A stretch of DNA of 54,949 nt, counting the filler, from Catajapyx aquilonaris (lineage: Eukaryota), in NCBI GenBank assembly GCA_000934665.2. It is 3 parts of 3 records of this genome, joined end to end, with 100 filler letters (N's around TTAATTAATTAA, not from the genome) between each part and the next. Parts side by side here need not be neighbours in the genome. Positions count along the whole stretch, not along the records: positions 36,586 to 54,949 come from KZ539609.1; 2 more parts are not named here. One strand, written 5' to 3'. The position numbers and the translations under genes were made by a program. Positions 36,586-48,486 of the stretch are shown in pieces; positions within the stretch are counted from its first letter, which is position 1, and each line of letters starts with the position of its first letter. The notes beneath the pieces were generated by a model. It was given only the letters and a program-made list of their open reading frames with translations. It had not been told where the DNA came from and ran no database searches.

Positions 36586-37409
36586 ATACCTCCGGTTATC
36601 AATGACAGTTTGTCCTCCCCCTGCCAAAAATCGCTAAAGTTTCCGAATCGCAGATTCTGTTATGAGAACCCACTTCTCCTTTACTTTACTTCACTCATTA
36701 GCGATGAATGCTATTAACGACTAGAGAGCTTTTCACAGAGAAGCGAGCTTTTCGACATTAAAAAAAAAAAATCTCGCTTCCCTCCTTCCCCTCTATTCAA
36801 TGGAAAACGACTTATCTCAGCTAGTAATTAGACTATCCGTCAATTAATCTGAAAAGAGAGTTTGCAGACGAAACTTAGCAATGTTCAATGATTCTAGAGG
36901 AAAATTTTATGTTGATTGCTTTTCTAGTGAATTATATGATAGAAGGAAGGGAGGGTTGCTAGGGGAGGTAAGTGCATGTTCAGAGAGGAGGCACACAATG
37001 CCCTGGGAAAATCCCTTGCAGATTATGAGGTGCATTAGTCTAGAGCCTATAGAAAGAGAGGCGCTAGCTTTCTAGAGGCCAAGATTCTAATCGCTCGTTA
37101 TCAACGCTTAATCCCCTTTGTCAGAATATCGGCGCTTTGCAGTGCTATATGGAAAGTACTGTTCTAATTACCAGATAGTGAGGAGAAATAAAGAAGGAGG
37201 GACGACGACCTGAAGTTATTCGGGTCAAAGTAACGCAATTTTATTATGGTCAGGTACTGTACATGGATTCAATACAGTATGATCAAAATTTGATTATATT
37301 GAATCCATGTAGCCCCTACAGCACTTTACCTGAATTAGCAAACTGTTTGCCCTCAATTCGCCAATTTTTATGCTTTTAATTCACTAATTATTTATGGCAA
37401 ACATTCTCA

Positions 37410-37880
37410 ACTAATGTTTGTAATTTGTGTAATTTTTTTGATTTTTGCAAATTTGTAATTGGTTGGTTTTTGTAATTTTTTATTTTTGTCGATTTGCGAT
37501 TTTTGTAAATTTTGCGACATTTGTGATCTTTGTAACTGATTTGTGTAATTCTGGTGATATTTGTAATTTGTGTAATTGTTGTAAATTTTGTGGCATTTGG
37601 GATTTTTGTAATTTTTAATTTTTATATAATTTTTAATTTTTGAAATTTTTATTTTTGAAATTTTTCTTTTTATAATTTCTAATTTTTGTAATTTTTTATT
37701 TTTGCAATTTTTTATTTTGTAGATTTGTGATTTTAGTGATTTGTGTAATTCTGGTAATTTTTGTGATATTTGTAATTCGTGTAATTTTTGTGATATTTGT
37801 AATTCGTGTAATTTTTGTGATTGTTGTAAATTTTGTGGTGAATTTTTTGGGGATTTGAAATTTGAAATTTGAAATTGGTA
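37410..37880. repeat. T-rich degenerate tandem repeat of about 9 bp (TTTGTAATT-like)
   Basis: Direct reading; it produces the spurious ITK/ITQ and QK-rich ORFs. Confidence 0.8.
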
Positions 37881-40800
37881 TGAAATGGACAAACAAACAA
37901 AACACAAAAAAACTTTGTCCTTTATAATACTAGAGATTGTGCACCACTCTTTGAAACCAACTGGTGCAACCTCCAGATGGAACATGTACAAAAAAATCGA
38001 GTTCGATCCTTACGTAACACCCGGTGTCTTCCATCCCTGACCATACCACGCATCCAAGCTGAGTGTCAACTTCCTGAAAAGACATCTCGCCTTCCCCTGA
38101 AACGAGCTCTCTCCTGGCCAATATGGCAACCCATATCGAGGGACGATACGAGCATGAAAACACGAGGCACACCTAGCACCAATCTCGTCTATCCAAGACC
38201 TCACGTCCATATGAAGAGCACCCTATGGGGAAGAGGACCTCGTGTCATTTTTGTCAATGGAGACCCCCCAGGTGCTTTTCAGCCATCTTTTCCCTTCCAC
38301 CTTTTCCAACCCCTTCTGTCTCACTCTCCTAGCGATTGCTTTACAACAATCTAGGCCCAAGCCAAGTTCTTTCCCTTGGCTTCCTGATAATGCGGCAATT
38401 CGGCTCGGAGCCGCCAGATGGTATCGCGGAGCAAGGAGAGAAAATGTCTGCTGGCAACCATGGGTATTCCCGAAAATTTGAGTCTAGGGTTGGAAAGGAC
38501 GGGAAGCAGCCAAATGAGTCCAGAACCATGATTGGAATTACCTCGTCAGGGCTTAGCCTGGAGGGGGTGTGGAAGCATGAAAAGGCTTTGATGGTCTGAA
38601 AGCGAGTAGGGAGTTAACTGATTGGTAGATGGCGCTGGGAGAGGATGAGTCGATGGTGCTGCCACATGTGAGTGTCAGAAGGGATTGAATATGCATCCGG
38701 TTTCAGGTTGAGTTATATTCATTTGTTGTAATTAATTTTATTGCACATACATGGTGCTCCGAATTCGTGAGTCGCTTATTTATAACCCAGATCATCCGAT
38801 GGCAGTATTTTTTTTGTAGCTTATTGGTTATTGTGCCCCTAACAAGGTGCCCCATTCTATAAACTGCTATATTCGACCCCCTGGAAGTAATGGTGAACAT
38901 GGATCAGGTCACAACAAGCTACATAACTGCTATCGGGCTATATCAGTTATAAAAAACAGCCCATGAATTTGGAACACCCTGTATTTATTGAATCCATTTC
39001 AATATCATTTATTTAAATTCATTTAATTTCTTTAATACGACACGACGCGTCACGAGCGCGTCACGAGCGTGTCAGTCGCAAACAACCGTCTGAAACCCTC
39101 CACAGTATGTTCCTGACCCTACCTAAAATAAATATTGGCTCCATTTTGACACCGTTTTAAGCACAGTGTCCGGTCCAAGGGTCGGTGGCACGTTCGAAGG
39201 GACCCCATAAAGTGCGCTCGGGTCCTTCTCCATGAAAGGAACCCTCTTTCTTTTTCTTTCCCTCCTTAAAAAAAGGGTATCCTGGCAAAGGTCCTGGCAA
39301 AAGGATTGAAAACACTGGCACTTATGTTAAAAGGAAATTGGATCCGGCCAAAAGAGGGCCCCACTGATGTCGGCACTCATTGAAAAGGAAACAGGAACGG
39401 GCTTGGGGCAAAGGGGGAAAGGACCTTTCCTTCTTTCTTTTTTATGTTTGGTGGGAATCCGTTGAAATAAACCCAATTCCTGAGGCGTAATTTCCTTTGC
39501 CCACTTTCTTTCCTTTTTTTTTGTTTGTAAGAAGGCCTTCTCTTATACTAACGATCCTTGGAAATTCTTAGCTCTTTTCAAGCATAGGACTGAGGAGGTC
39601 AGGCTCTTGCCAACACGCTGTACTTTTCTTTGGTCCAATGCTGTATATCTCTTCCCAAACTCGGGACCCCCATTTTCTTTGGAGAGATATGATCACATAA
39701 ATCAAGTTGGAGTTTTGTAAACCCGGCCTGCGACGTATGAAACTGATCGAGTTTTAATTCGAGGTTGACCTGGGTTGGGCACATGGGTCAATGAGGGAGG
39801 TCACATGGCGTAATTTCAGGCTGTCAAAAAAAATTCATATCAAAATATGTCATATTCTGTGAAAGTAGAGTTGTGTACACTCATTATTTGAACAGAATTA
39901 ACTTGAATTTTACTCAAACTGTAATCACAATTTCAACCAAAAATTTACTCAAACTGTAATCACAATTTTAACCAAAAATTTACTCAATTTTTGCTAAAAT
40001 ATTTTCTGAGTTTTTCTCTCAAATATTTGATATTACTCAAAAAGTAATCAGTTTGTACTTTTAAGCTTTTATTCCATTTTGATCAAAAATTTATTATGAA
40101 TGCTCAAAAAATTTATTGTTTGCTCAAAAAATTTCTAATTTTTTCTCAAATTTTCCCTCAAATTTGACTCCAAATGTAATCAAATGTAAACGCAATTTTA
40201 ACCAAAAATCATCAATTTTTATTCAGAAAGTAATCAGTGTTAATCACGATTTTATTCCATTTTGATCAAAAAAATCATAATTTTTTTCTACAATATTTGC
40301 TCAATTTATTCAGTGGGGCTCATCAGGTAATTATTTTTTAAATTGTTCGAAAAATATTCCGTCTGCCTGAAACGACTTTTCGAAAGTACATGATGTGTCA
40401 TAATGTCCCATGATTTTTTGGCACACCCATTTTCTAGGTTTATTAATGGGAGTATCTTACCCCCACTAGGTTATTACGTCATTAACCTTCATGCTATTTG
40501 ATTTCATGTGTGGCTGACATGTTGTAAAACATGTCTTTTTAAACCAAAATGTTAATAACAGGGGTTGGAAATAGTTCCACTAATTTAATAACAGCCTTTT
40601 ATTTTTAGTCTTATCTGTACAAGGTGTCTATAAGTTAGAAGGATCTAAGGTTGTATATGTGAGAAGGAGTGAGATGTTAACAGAGGCCAATTAAGCCTTC
40701 AAAGCGCAGTTTGGCTCAGGTTGTAAAAAAAAAAAGTCTCGGATCGAAGTTTGAGCGAGGAGAGTTTCTCATCTCCATAAAACCCGTTTTTTGATGACCC

Positions 40801-41554
40801 GGAAAACAGTTTTGCCTCGGGGCCGAATAATTTTAATGCCGAGATATCCGGGGGGCCAAATCTTAAGGGTTGGTCATTCCGAGCGTAATTTTCAAGCACG
40901 TTGTAAAATATATGGGTCTGTAAGGTTGTTTTTTTTTGTAACTCGATTGGTTGAAAGTTTAGGAGAAAAAGGAGGATATAATTTACTTTGTGACTCAGAC
41001 TGTGCAGTTATGGCTTGTGTATAGCGGTGATTCCGATACAACGAAGGAAGAAGAGAAAAAAACAGTGATTGCTGAAAACTGTTATGGTTCACCCTTTGCA
41101 AAGTAAGATTTAGTGGCAAGGGAACTCCTAAATCCAGATTGTTCGTCTATATTTACGGTCGTAAATAAAAGAAACGCATCATGCCAGCTTGGTACTAATT
41201 TGTAAGCTGGATAGAAATATAATTGAATTTAAAATCAAATAGAAATAAATTACAACTTTTAATGTTAAAGTTATCTTTAAATTTAAGCAAATGTATTTCA
41301 TTTGTCTACAGTAGGCTACTTATAAGTCTTTATTTGTTTGATTTTATAATTTTGCACTTTTCACTAGCCTATATTATTTAATTATTTTTTTATTCAATTA
41401 ATTTGTGCTTAATTTTAGTTTCTTTATTTCAATTATGCTGTTTAATTTGCGGTTATATGAGTTGCCTTTGTTTGTGTTTATATGTTTATTCATTTTAATA
41501 TTATGTACGAGCAATATTCTGCCCTTATCTCGTATTTTAAAATAATCACATAGT

Positions 41555-41930
41555 TATTTATTATGAACAATAAGTTAATATTATTATGAACAATCATTTA
41601 ATATTATTATGAACAATCATTTAATATTATTATGAACACTCAATTAATATTATTATGAACACTCAATTAATATTATGAACTCAATTAATATTATGAACAC
41701 TCAATTAATATATTTTTTAAATATTCATTCTAATATCATTTTAAATGCTCATTCTAATTTTTAAACATTCATTCTAATATTTTTTAAACATTCATTCTAT
41801 TATATTTTAAAATATTCATTCTAATATTTTTTAAACATTCATTCTATTATATTTTAAAATGTTCATTCTGATATTATTTTAAAATATTCATTCTGATATT
41901 ATTTTTAAATATTCATTCTAATATTAGGTT
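41555..41930. repeat. Two adjacent AT-rich minisatellites (ATTATGAACA.. and CATTCTAATAT..)
   Basis: Direct reading; periods of about 19-23 bp. Confidence 0.8.
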
Positions 41931-43499
41931 TAAAATAATAAATTTGAGTCAATACATGTTATTTATTTATTTGTTTGTTTGTTTGTTTAAGGATATGTTA
42001 TTTCATTTATTCTATTATTTGGGTCTCTGTCTAATTTAAGCTATATTTAAGTTATATGCATTTTAAATAATTTGACTTAATTTATTTTAGCCAGTTGTTG
42101 CAGTTTTCGTCTTAACTAATTTTTTTTAAAAATACAAAAATAATTCAACAATTTTCAAAATGGCCGCCCACTTTCTTATCAATGCCAGGAACGACTAATC
42201 CATCAAGTTTCCTCCGTTTCTCCCTCATCGGACCGTCAACTTGGGCCGAGTCACACTCTCTTAACTCCTGAATTGAACAGTAGCCAAATATATGTCTCAC
42301 GTCATCTTTTTAAACCCCCCGCCTGTGACGTCACACTTTCTTTTATATAGATTTAAAAAAACCTCTATACGGAGAGGTCACATCCGTAGTTTTCCATTTG
42401 TGGTCTCCTAGGGCGAGGAAACTGGAAAGCGCAAGGGGGGTCTTTCCAATTATTTCGCACGCCTTGGGCCTCCTTGGACTCTTGTGGAGCAAATCTTCCC
42501 CCTCCCCTCTTTCTTCTTCTTCTTCTTCTTCCCTCCCACACCGCCTTCCCCCACCCATCGCCATCTAAAAGCTACGTCTGCTCCTTCTCAAAAGAACGAG
42601 AGAAAAAAAAACCGGATGGAAAATGGAGGATATTCAGGCCAAGATGGTGTCAAATAATATTTTTTTTGGACTCAAAATGGGGTATTTTGAATGTAGAGTA
42701 GATTTACAAAAAAGTTAGGAACATAGATGAGAAAGTCCAGCTAGAGGCGGTTTGGTGTCCGATTACACCAGAAATCCGGTGGAAATTGGCCAATCTCGCA
42801 CGGAGGGTCAAAGGTCATATTTTGGAGAAAAGTTTTTGGGGGAGTTGCGAGACTACAAATGAGGTTCATTTTGAAGGTACAGGGTGAGACGACTCAATTT
42901 TGATATTTTTCCAACTCATTTTACACCCTTATGATTTGAGCCTCGGTCGCACGACCAGATCGTCAGCAAAGCGTCTGGTCGTACGACCGAGGCTCAAATC
43001 ACGAGGGCGTAAACAGGCCTGGCTGCGAAAAGCGGAAATGACGCTAGGGCCTCGTGGCGAGGCGCTTACATAAAGCGACTTCGCTGATTCCTCTTGGCGA
43101 GAGTATTAAGCTCGCTCTTGACCTCCTCTCGCTCTGCCCCAAAATGAGTCGCTTCCCAGGAGCCAACGAACTGTAGCCTGATGCTTGCCGGTGGGTTAAT
43201 TAAAGCGGCTAAGAGGCCATTCTATTGACAGCTAATGACGTTAGCCTAATGTGCAGCCATATCCGCCCATGAAGAAACGCCATTAGAGGAGCTCTCCCGA
43301 GAAAGGAAAAACCTTAACAAGGGTTTAATTTTTTAACATTTAAAATGTAAGTCAAATCCGGGTTTTCATCCAGAAAAAGACTTTGTGTCTGTCTGTGGAC
43401 AGGTATCAGGGGGCTAAACCGCAAGAGATAGCGACAAACGGTTTTCGGATTCGGATTCAGAGGACCCTAAATAGGTTTCATGGCCTACTTCCGGTGACT

Positions 43500-43772
43500 T
43501 TATCAGTGGGGTCTTAACGTCGGCCTATTTCTGCTGCTAAGGCTACACCGACGCCAGGGGGTGGTCCTCCTACTGGAAATTTGGCCACTCTGGGGATCTT
43601 TAACGTGCACTCGCGCAATGTCACAAGCACACGGGACCGACGGCTTTACTTCCCCTCCGAAGGAAGGCGCACTCTCACTTTTCTACCAGCCGGAGAAAAG
43701 TCACAGACCTACGCCGGGTTCGAACCCACAACTTTGGGTCTAGAAGCGAGCGCGCTAACCACCAGACCGGTG
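43500..43772 (-). mobile_element. tRNA-derived SINE, family 4, with Deu/Nin-like core
   Basis: A box-like GGTCTGGTGGTTAG, B box GGTTCGAACCC, core TTCGGAGGGGAAGTAAAGCCGTCGGTCCC...GCACGTTAAAGATCCCC. 12-bp TSD CTTCCGGTGACT at 43488-43499 and 43773-43784. Confidence 0.85.
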
Positions 43773-44212
43773 CTTCCGGTGACTGGCAACTTCCGGATTT
43801 CCGGGTTCACCCTATCCGCCAAGGTCAAGTTTACACCGTATGTAATTTTATTGGATTTCTTGGCAACGGGAAAAATGAGAGTGACATTCTGTCATTTTCA
43901 AGCTCATTTCCTGGTATATAAGAAAAAGTCTACTGGAATCACTCTCGCGTGATTTGCCAATCTGGTTTAATATGTTAGGTTAGTGACTATACACACTTTT
44001 AAGTGCACAGAGGTGTTTAATTTTTGCATACACTGACAGCATGTGGTTTTGACGCTGCCTTTCGATAGGGTTTTAGGGCATTGTTGTTGTTTCCAACAAT
44101 GGACCTGGAGGCGAGCGTTTTCCGGGCGTGAAATTACTCCGGGGCAAGTTACTTACAGGGGGGTATTTTAAGCCCAAAATTTTAGCCTCCATTTGGGATT
44201 TAGCTTTTTAAA

Positions 44213-44254
<42 letters not shown>

Positions 44255-45239
44255 AAATTTTTGAGATCTATCTCATACAAACCAGCTTCACAAACACTTC
44301 AACAAAGAGCGAGTAAACAGTTCACAAAATAGAAGTTTGAAGAGTTCTAGAACAAAAGACTCGGTACGTCGATTTCAAGCTCGCTTTTTTTTAACTCGCT
44401 CACGCGTATTCTGCTGATGCGACACTTTTTTATGTGTGTCAACCCAACTGTGTCCGGAAAACCGCAGATGTCAGATTACTTTTTGGAATACTCCGGACGT
44501 TGATGTAAAGTGAGGAGAAATTATCTTAGTTTCGAATAACCATAAAACTGGAAAAAAGGGAGGGTTGTTCACGAAACCGATTTTTTTTTTTACGTCTTTC
44601 CCTCTTATAAGTGTGACTTATGTTTGGAGGGTGAGGGTTTTGTCCCCTCTTATAATATATGAATTCATTTTGGAAAAGGGGACAAAATGCTATGAATATG
44701 GAGTGAGAAGCGTACCGAATTGTTTCGGACAATGTGAATCAGTGCTTGAATAATCCGATCGTCATATTTGTTTCGGGTGTCAATCACTGTTTTCTGAACT
44801 CACTCTCGCATTAGGCCTATGTATGTGACTGTGCGTAAACTACATAATAAAAATATGAAATAAATGTAATTATTTCATATATAATTGTCTAGTGTGTGCC
44901 TCAGGTTGTCCGGGGTGAGTCATCAGCACCACTTTCTCCCACATGCCTCTGAGAGTGACAGTAGTGTGCAGAGACACGATTCGCCATCTACGTGGGAGAC
45001 ATGTTACTATACGTGAACAGTATAGGTGTTGGCAAGTCTAATTAGTTGATAAATAAATAAAATTTTAATGAATATTTCATAAAGAGCTGAGTAAAATTAT
45101 GAATACATTAATAAATATTTGATGGATTGTTGAAAATAACTAAATTGTTGAATATATCACTATATTGGTAGTGGCATGTATTTCATAAATTGTGAATGAT
45201 AAATACAATCTGATACAATATAATATAGGGCTAAGTTAA

Positions 45240-45580
45240 ATAATACAGTAAATAATATAATATAATACCAGTAAATAATATAATATAATACCAGTAAATA
45301 ATATAATATAATACCAGTAAATAAAATATAAATATAAATATAAGTATAAATTAATGCAAATTAATAAAAATTAATATATTGATGAAGATTTCACAAATTT
45401 GTGAATAAATGAATATAAGATTATTGATGAATTTTTCATATATTTGTGAGTTAATGAATATATTATGGATGAATTTTTCATATATTTGTAAGTTAATGAA
45501 TATATTATGGATGAATTTTTCATATATTATGGATGAATTTTTCATATATTATGGATGAATTTTTCATAAATTTGTGAATA
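45240..45580. repeat. AT-rich minisatellites (ATACCAGTAAATAATATAATATA; GATGAATTTTTCATATA)
   Basis: Direct reading. Confidence 0.8.
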
Positions 45581-46843
45581 AATAAAAGTAATGTAGATGA
45601 ATATTTTTATAGGAACAAAACTATACACCCCTGGTTAGTCCAGTGGTCCTCCAGCGTGTCAATGCACGGTTTGCCCGCAGAATCCAGACCGTTTACTATT
45701 TCATGGTCGGCTCCGGTCCCCCTCCAGTAATGACCAGTCGTAATGAGGTGGTAAAGAGAGCCTCGGAAATGAGATGCGGTGGATAGGAGGATGTGACGTA
45801 GAACCCTTTCTGCCATTTCCTATCCATTATGCACCAAGTGAAGCTCAGGTGTCCTCCTTCAAGTGTCGTGTCCTAGATGTTGACCCTCATTTGCACACAA
45901 CTCCTCCAATTGATCAGGAACAGTGTTCTTGAGGTACGGACCTTGGTATTGTGTGGTTTTTGGACTTTACGCTGTTCCTCTGGCAAACTCTCGACCGGCC
46001 TAGACTCCCCCATTCAGTTTGTCAATAGCTCTAGTGAGATGAAGCCACCGTCGTTAAGGAGTGATACAGTAGTTAGGGAGCCTCGTGAGGGCCCTTCTGG
46101 AGGGGGTTTACACTGCATTGTTGCTCGGTAACTAGGTTTGGGTACAGTTCGAGCCAAAATTGTATCAGGCTACCTCCTGAACAAAAAGGTAGACATCACA
46201 ATAATCACCCTGTAGTTTCCACCAGCCCTCAGAGCACTCCAATATTCAGGTCGGGATCGCTGGAAAAAGAGCAGAGAAAAGCGCTGGCCCCTAGAGCCGT
46301 AGTGAGGGGGGGAATGAGGAGGAATGGGGAGGAATGGGGAGGTGGGGAAGGAAAAATTCCTAATGTGGTTTCTGTGTTAGAATTCCCTCGAGGTCAAAAA
46401 TTCCTAAATGAATTAATAAATCGATGGGTCTTGCTGTCCTGAGCTGTAGAGAAGGTGGACGGAATTGGGACCAAATTTTAGGAATAGTGTGGATATAAAC
46501 ATACCAAAAATTGACAAAACTGTCTATAGATGGCGCATCCTTCCTCTCTGCGCACTACTCCCACTGCAAACAAACAGAGGCACAGACTCAAGCCAATCTT
46601 ACAGATGAGGTCATTATAAAAACCAGACTACCTTTGTCAAAAGTGTGTTAATTCCTGGTTACCGGCATGAACTCATTGCTAAATACGTATTAATTTTCTA
46701 ATATAGGCCTATAGATCGCTTTCATCTCGGGTCACACTCCTATTGGGCGAGGTCACCTGGGCCGTGAAGAGACTCACTAAATCTGAAATTCCTGGTTTTT
46801 GAAGTATTCGACCGGAAGAAGGTAGCCCGGGTTTGATAATCTA

Positions 46844-47004
46844 CCGTCAGATGTAAGAAGACCGTAACTCAAAAACCAGTAAGGGTGAAAGTCGTATGCA
46901 TGTCCTGGACTAATCCCTCCTGACTCAGAGGGGATTAGTGCAGGGCGTGCATGCGACTTTCACCCTTACTAGTTTTTGAGTTACGGTCTTCTTACATCTG
47001 ACGG
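46844..47004. mobile_element. Almost fully palindromic MITE with TA flanks
   Basis: TA|CCGTCAGATGTAAGAAGACCGTAACTCAAAAAC...inverse|TA; arms of about 75 bp with few mismatches. Confidence 0.8.
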
Positions 47005-48349
47005 TAGTAAATGACCTACTCTATGTACAGGGTGACGGAAAACTCGCGGACAATCTCCAGGTAGACTGATAGTACTCATAAAACTAATGAAGGGATATGC
47101 AATTAGTTTTGGGCTTCGTTGAGTAGTTAATACGTACGGCGCCGTCAAAGTTTCGTGACGTCACATCCGCTCCACCTGGTTCAAAAAGGTCAGTCAGTTC
47201 GAGGGCCTCCGAATAATCCAACATGTGCAATAGGTGATCAAACCTGTCAGAGTGCGACACTCGTCCTGTATAAAACAGAAAGTTTGTTGGTAATTATGTA
47301 TGTCATGACTACCTAACCCACTTTCAGAGTACTGAGAGTGCTGAAACTTGGCACACTGATGTCTTACGTGCCGCTGATTGAGTAAAAAGTCCGAAACCCG
47401 CACTCTTTTGAGTGAAACTGCCCAAAATTTAGGATATTTTAATTTTTAAATGATTTTTGGTATCTAAGAACAGCTAGTTCTACATATGATGTGACATCTA
47501 GTGAGTAACTATGTGTATTTCCTAGATACTGGCTTGGTCCTGAGGGATGATGATAGAGCTAGTTTTTTTTACTAGTGGGGAGAGAAGGGTGGATGGAGAG
47601 AATGGAAAAGGGGGGAAGCAAGCGTCGTTTCACGCTCTCTGGGTCTAATAGGTGCCCCTGGAATGATGGCAAAAGAGGGGGCGGAGCAGGAGTGGGAAGG
47701 AAGGAAGGAAGGAAGAGGAAAAGAGTAGAGAAAGAGATTGAGGAATGAGACGCTACCAACTTGTCACTTTTGCTCCAAGCAAATGGCCGGGAAGAAGGAG
47801 GATTGTGCTGAGAAGCAGGGAGGACCAATGGTCCGAGAAAAATCTGAGATGGATCACACTTTTTATGGGGTCTCGTCTATTTCCAACCTTTCCCTAGAGG
47901 AGAAAGTGGGAGGGGTCTTCTTCCTGACTTTCCAATCGTCTTCTCGCGGCCAGATTAGAACGGCGTGTCTTCCAGAAAACGACATTTTCCGGGTAAGGCT
48001 TTTTACGGTCATTTTTCACCCCCCAGGGGGATGCCCCACTGGGAAATGGGATGAGCGATTGCATGTTGTGTACTTGGGTGTTATTGCAGCGTGACATACG
48101 TTACGTAGACCTGTTAGTCGATTTCTAGGCGGGATGATAAATGGGGAGCATATCCGGGGATAGTCCTGGGTTTTATTCCCGGACCTGTCTTTCTGCTTTT
48201 TAGTTTGCCAATCCGGACTGCGAATGTCAATACACGGATTTGCTTATTTACAGGCTTGTACGTCCTAACAGAATAATATGTCTTACAATAAAATATAATA
48301 AAGTAGAAATAAATATTAAATCAATAATAATAATTACGAAATATTGCGT

Positions 48350-48486
48350 GATAATATTAAATAATAAGAATAAATGAATATTAAATAAATAATAAGAATG
48401 AATGAATATTAAATAAATAATAAGAATGAATGAATATCAAATAAATAATAAGAATGAATGAATATTAAATAAATAATAAGAATGAG
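48350..48486. repeat. 28-bp AT-rich minisatellite
   Basis: About five copies of GAATGAATGAATATTAAATAAATAATAA. Confidence 0.85.

Noticed and set aside
37407..37991. 194-aa K/I/Q-rich ORF
   Set aside because: Translation of a degenerate 9-bp AT-rich repeat.
45607..46170. Decayed LINE reverse-transcriptase fragment on the minus strand
   Set aside because: Only a faint likeness (RTLFLINWR) to RTE C-terminal motifs, with stops and frameshifts; a profile search would be needed.
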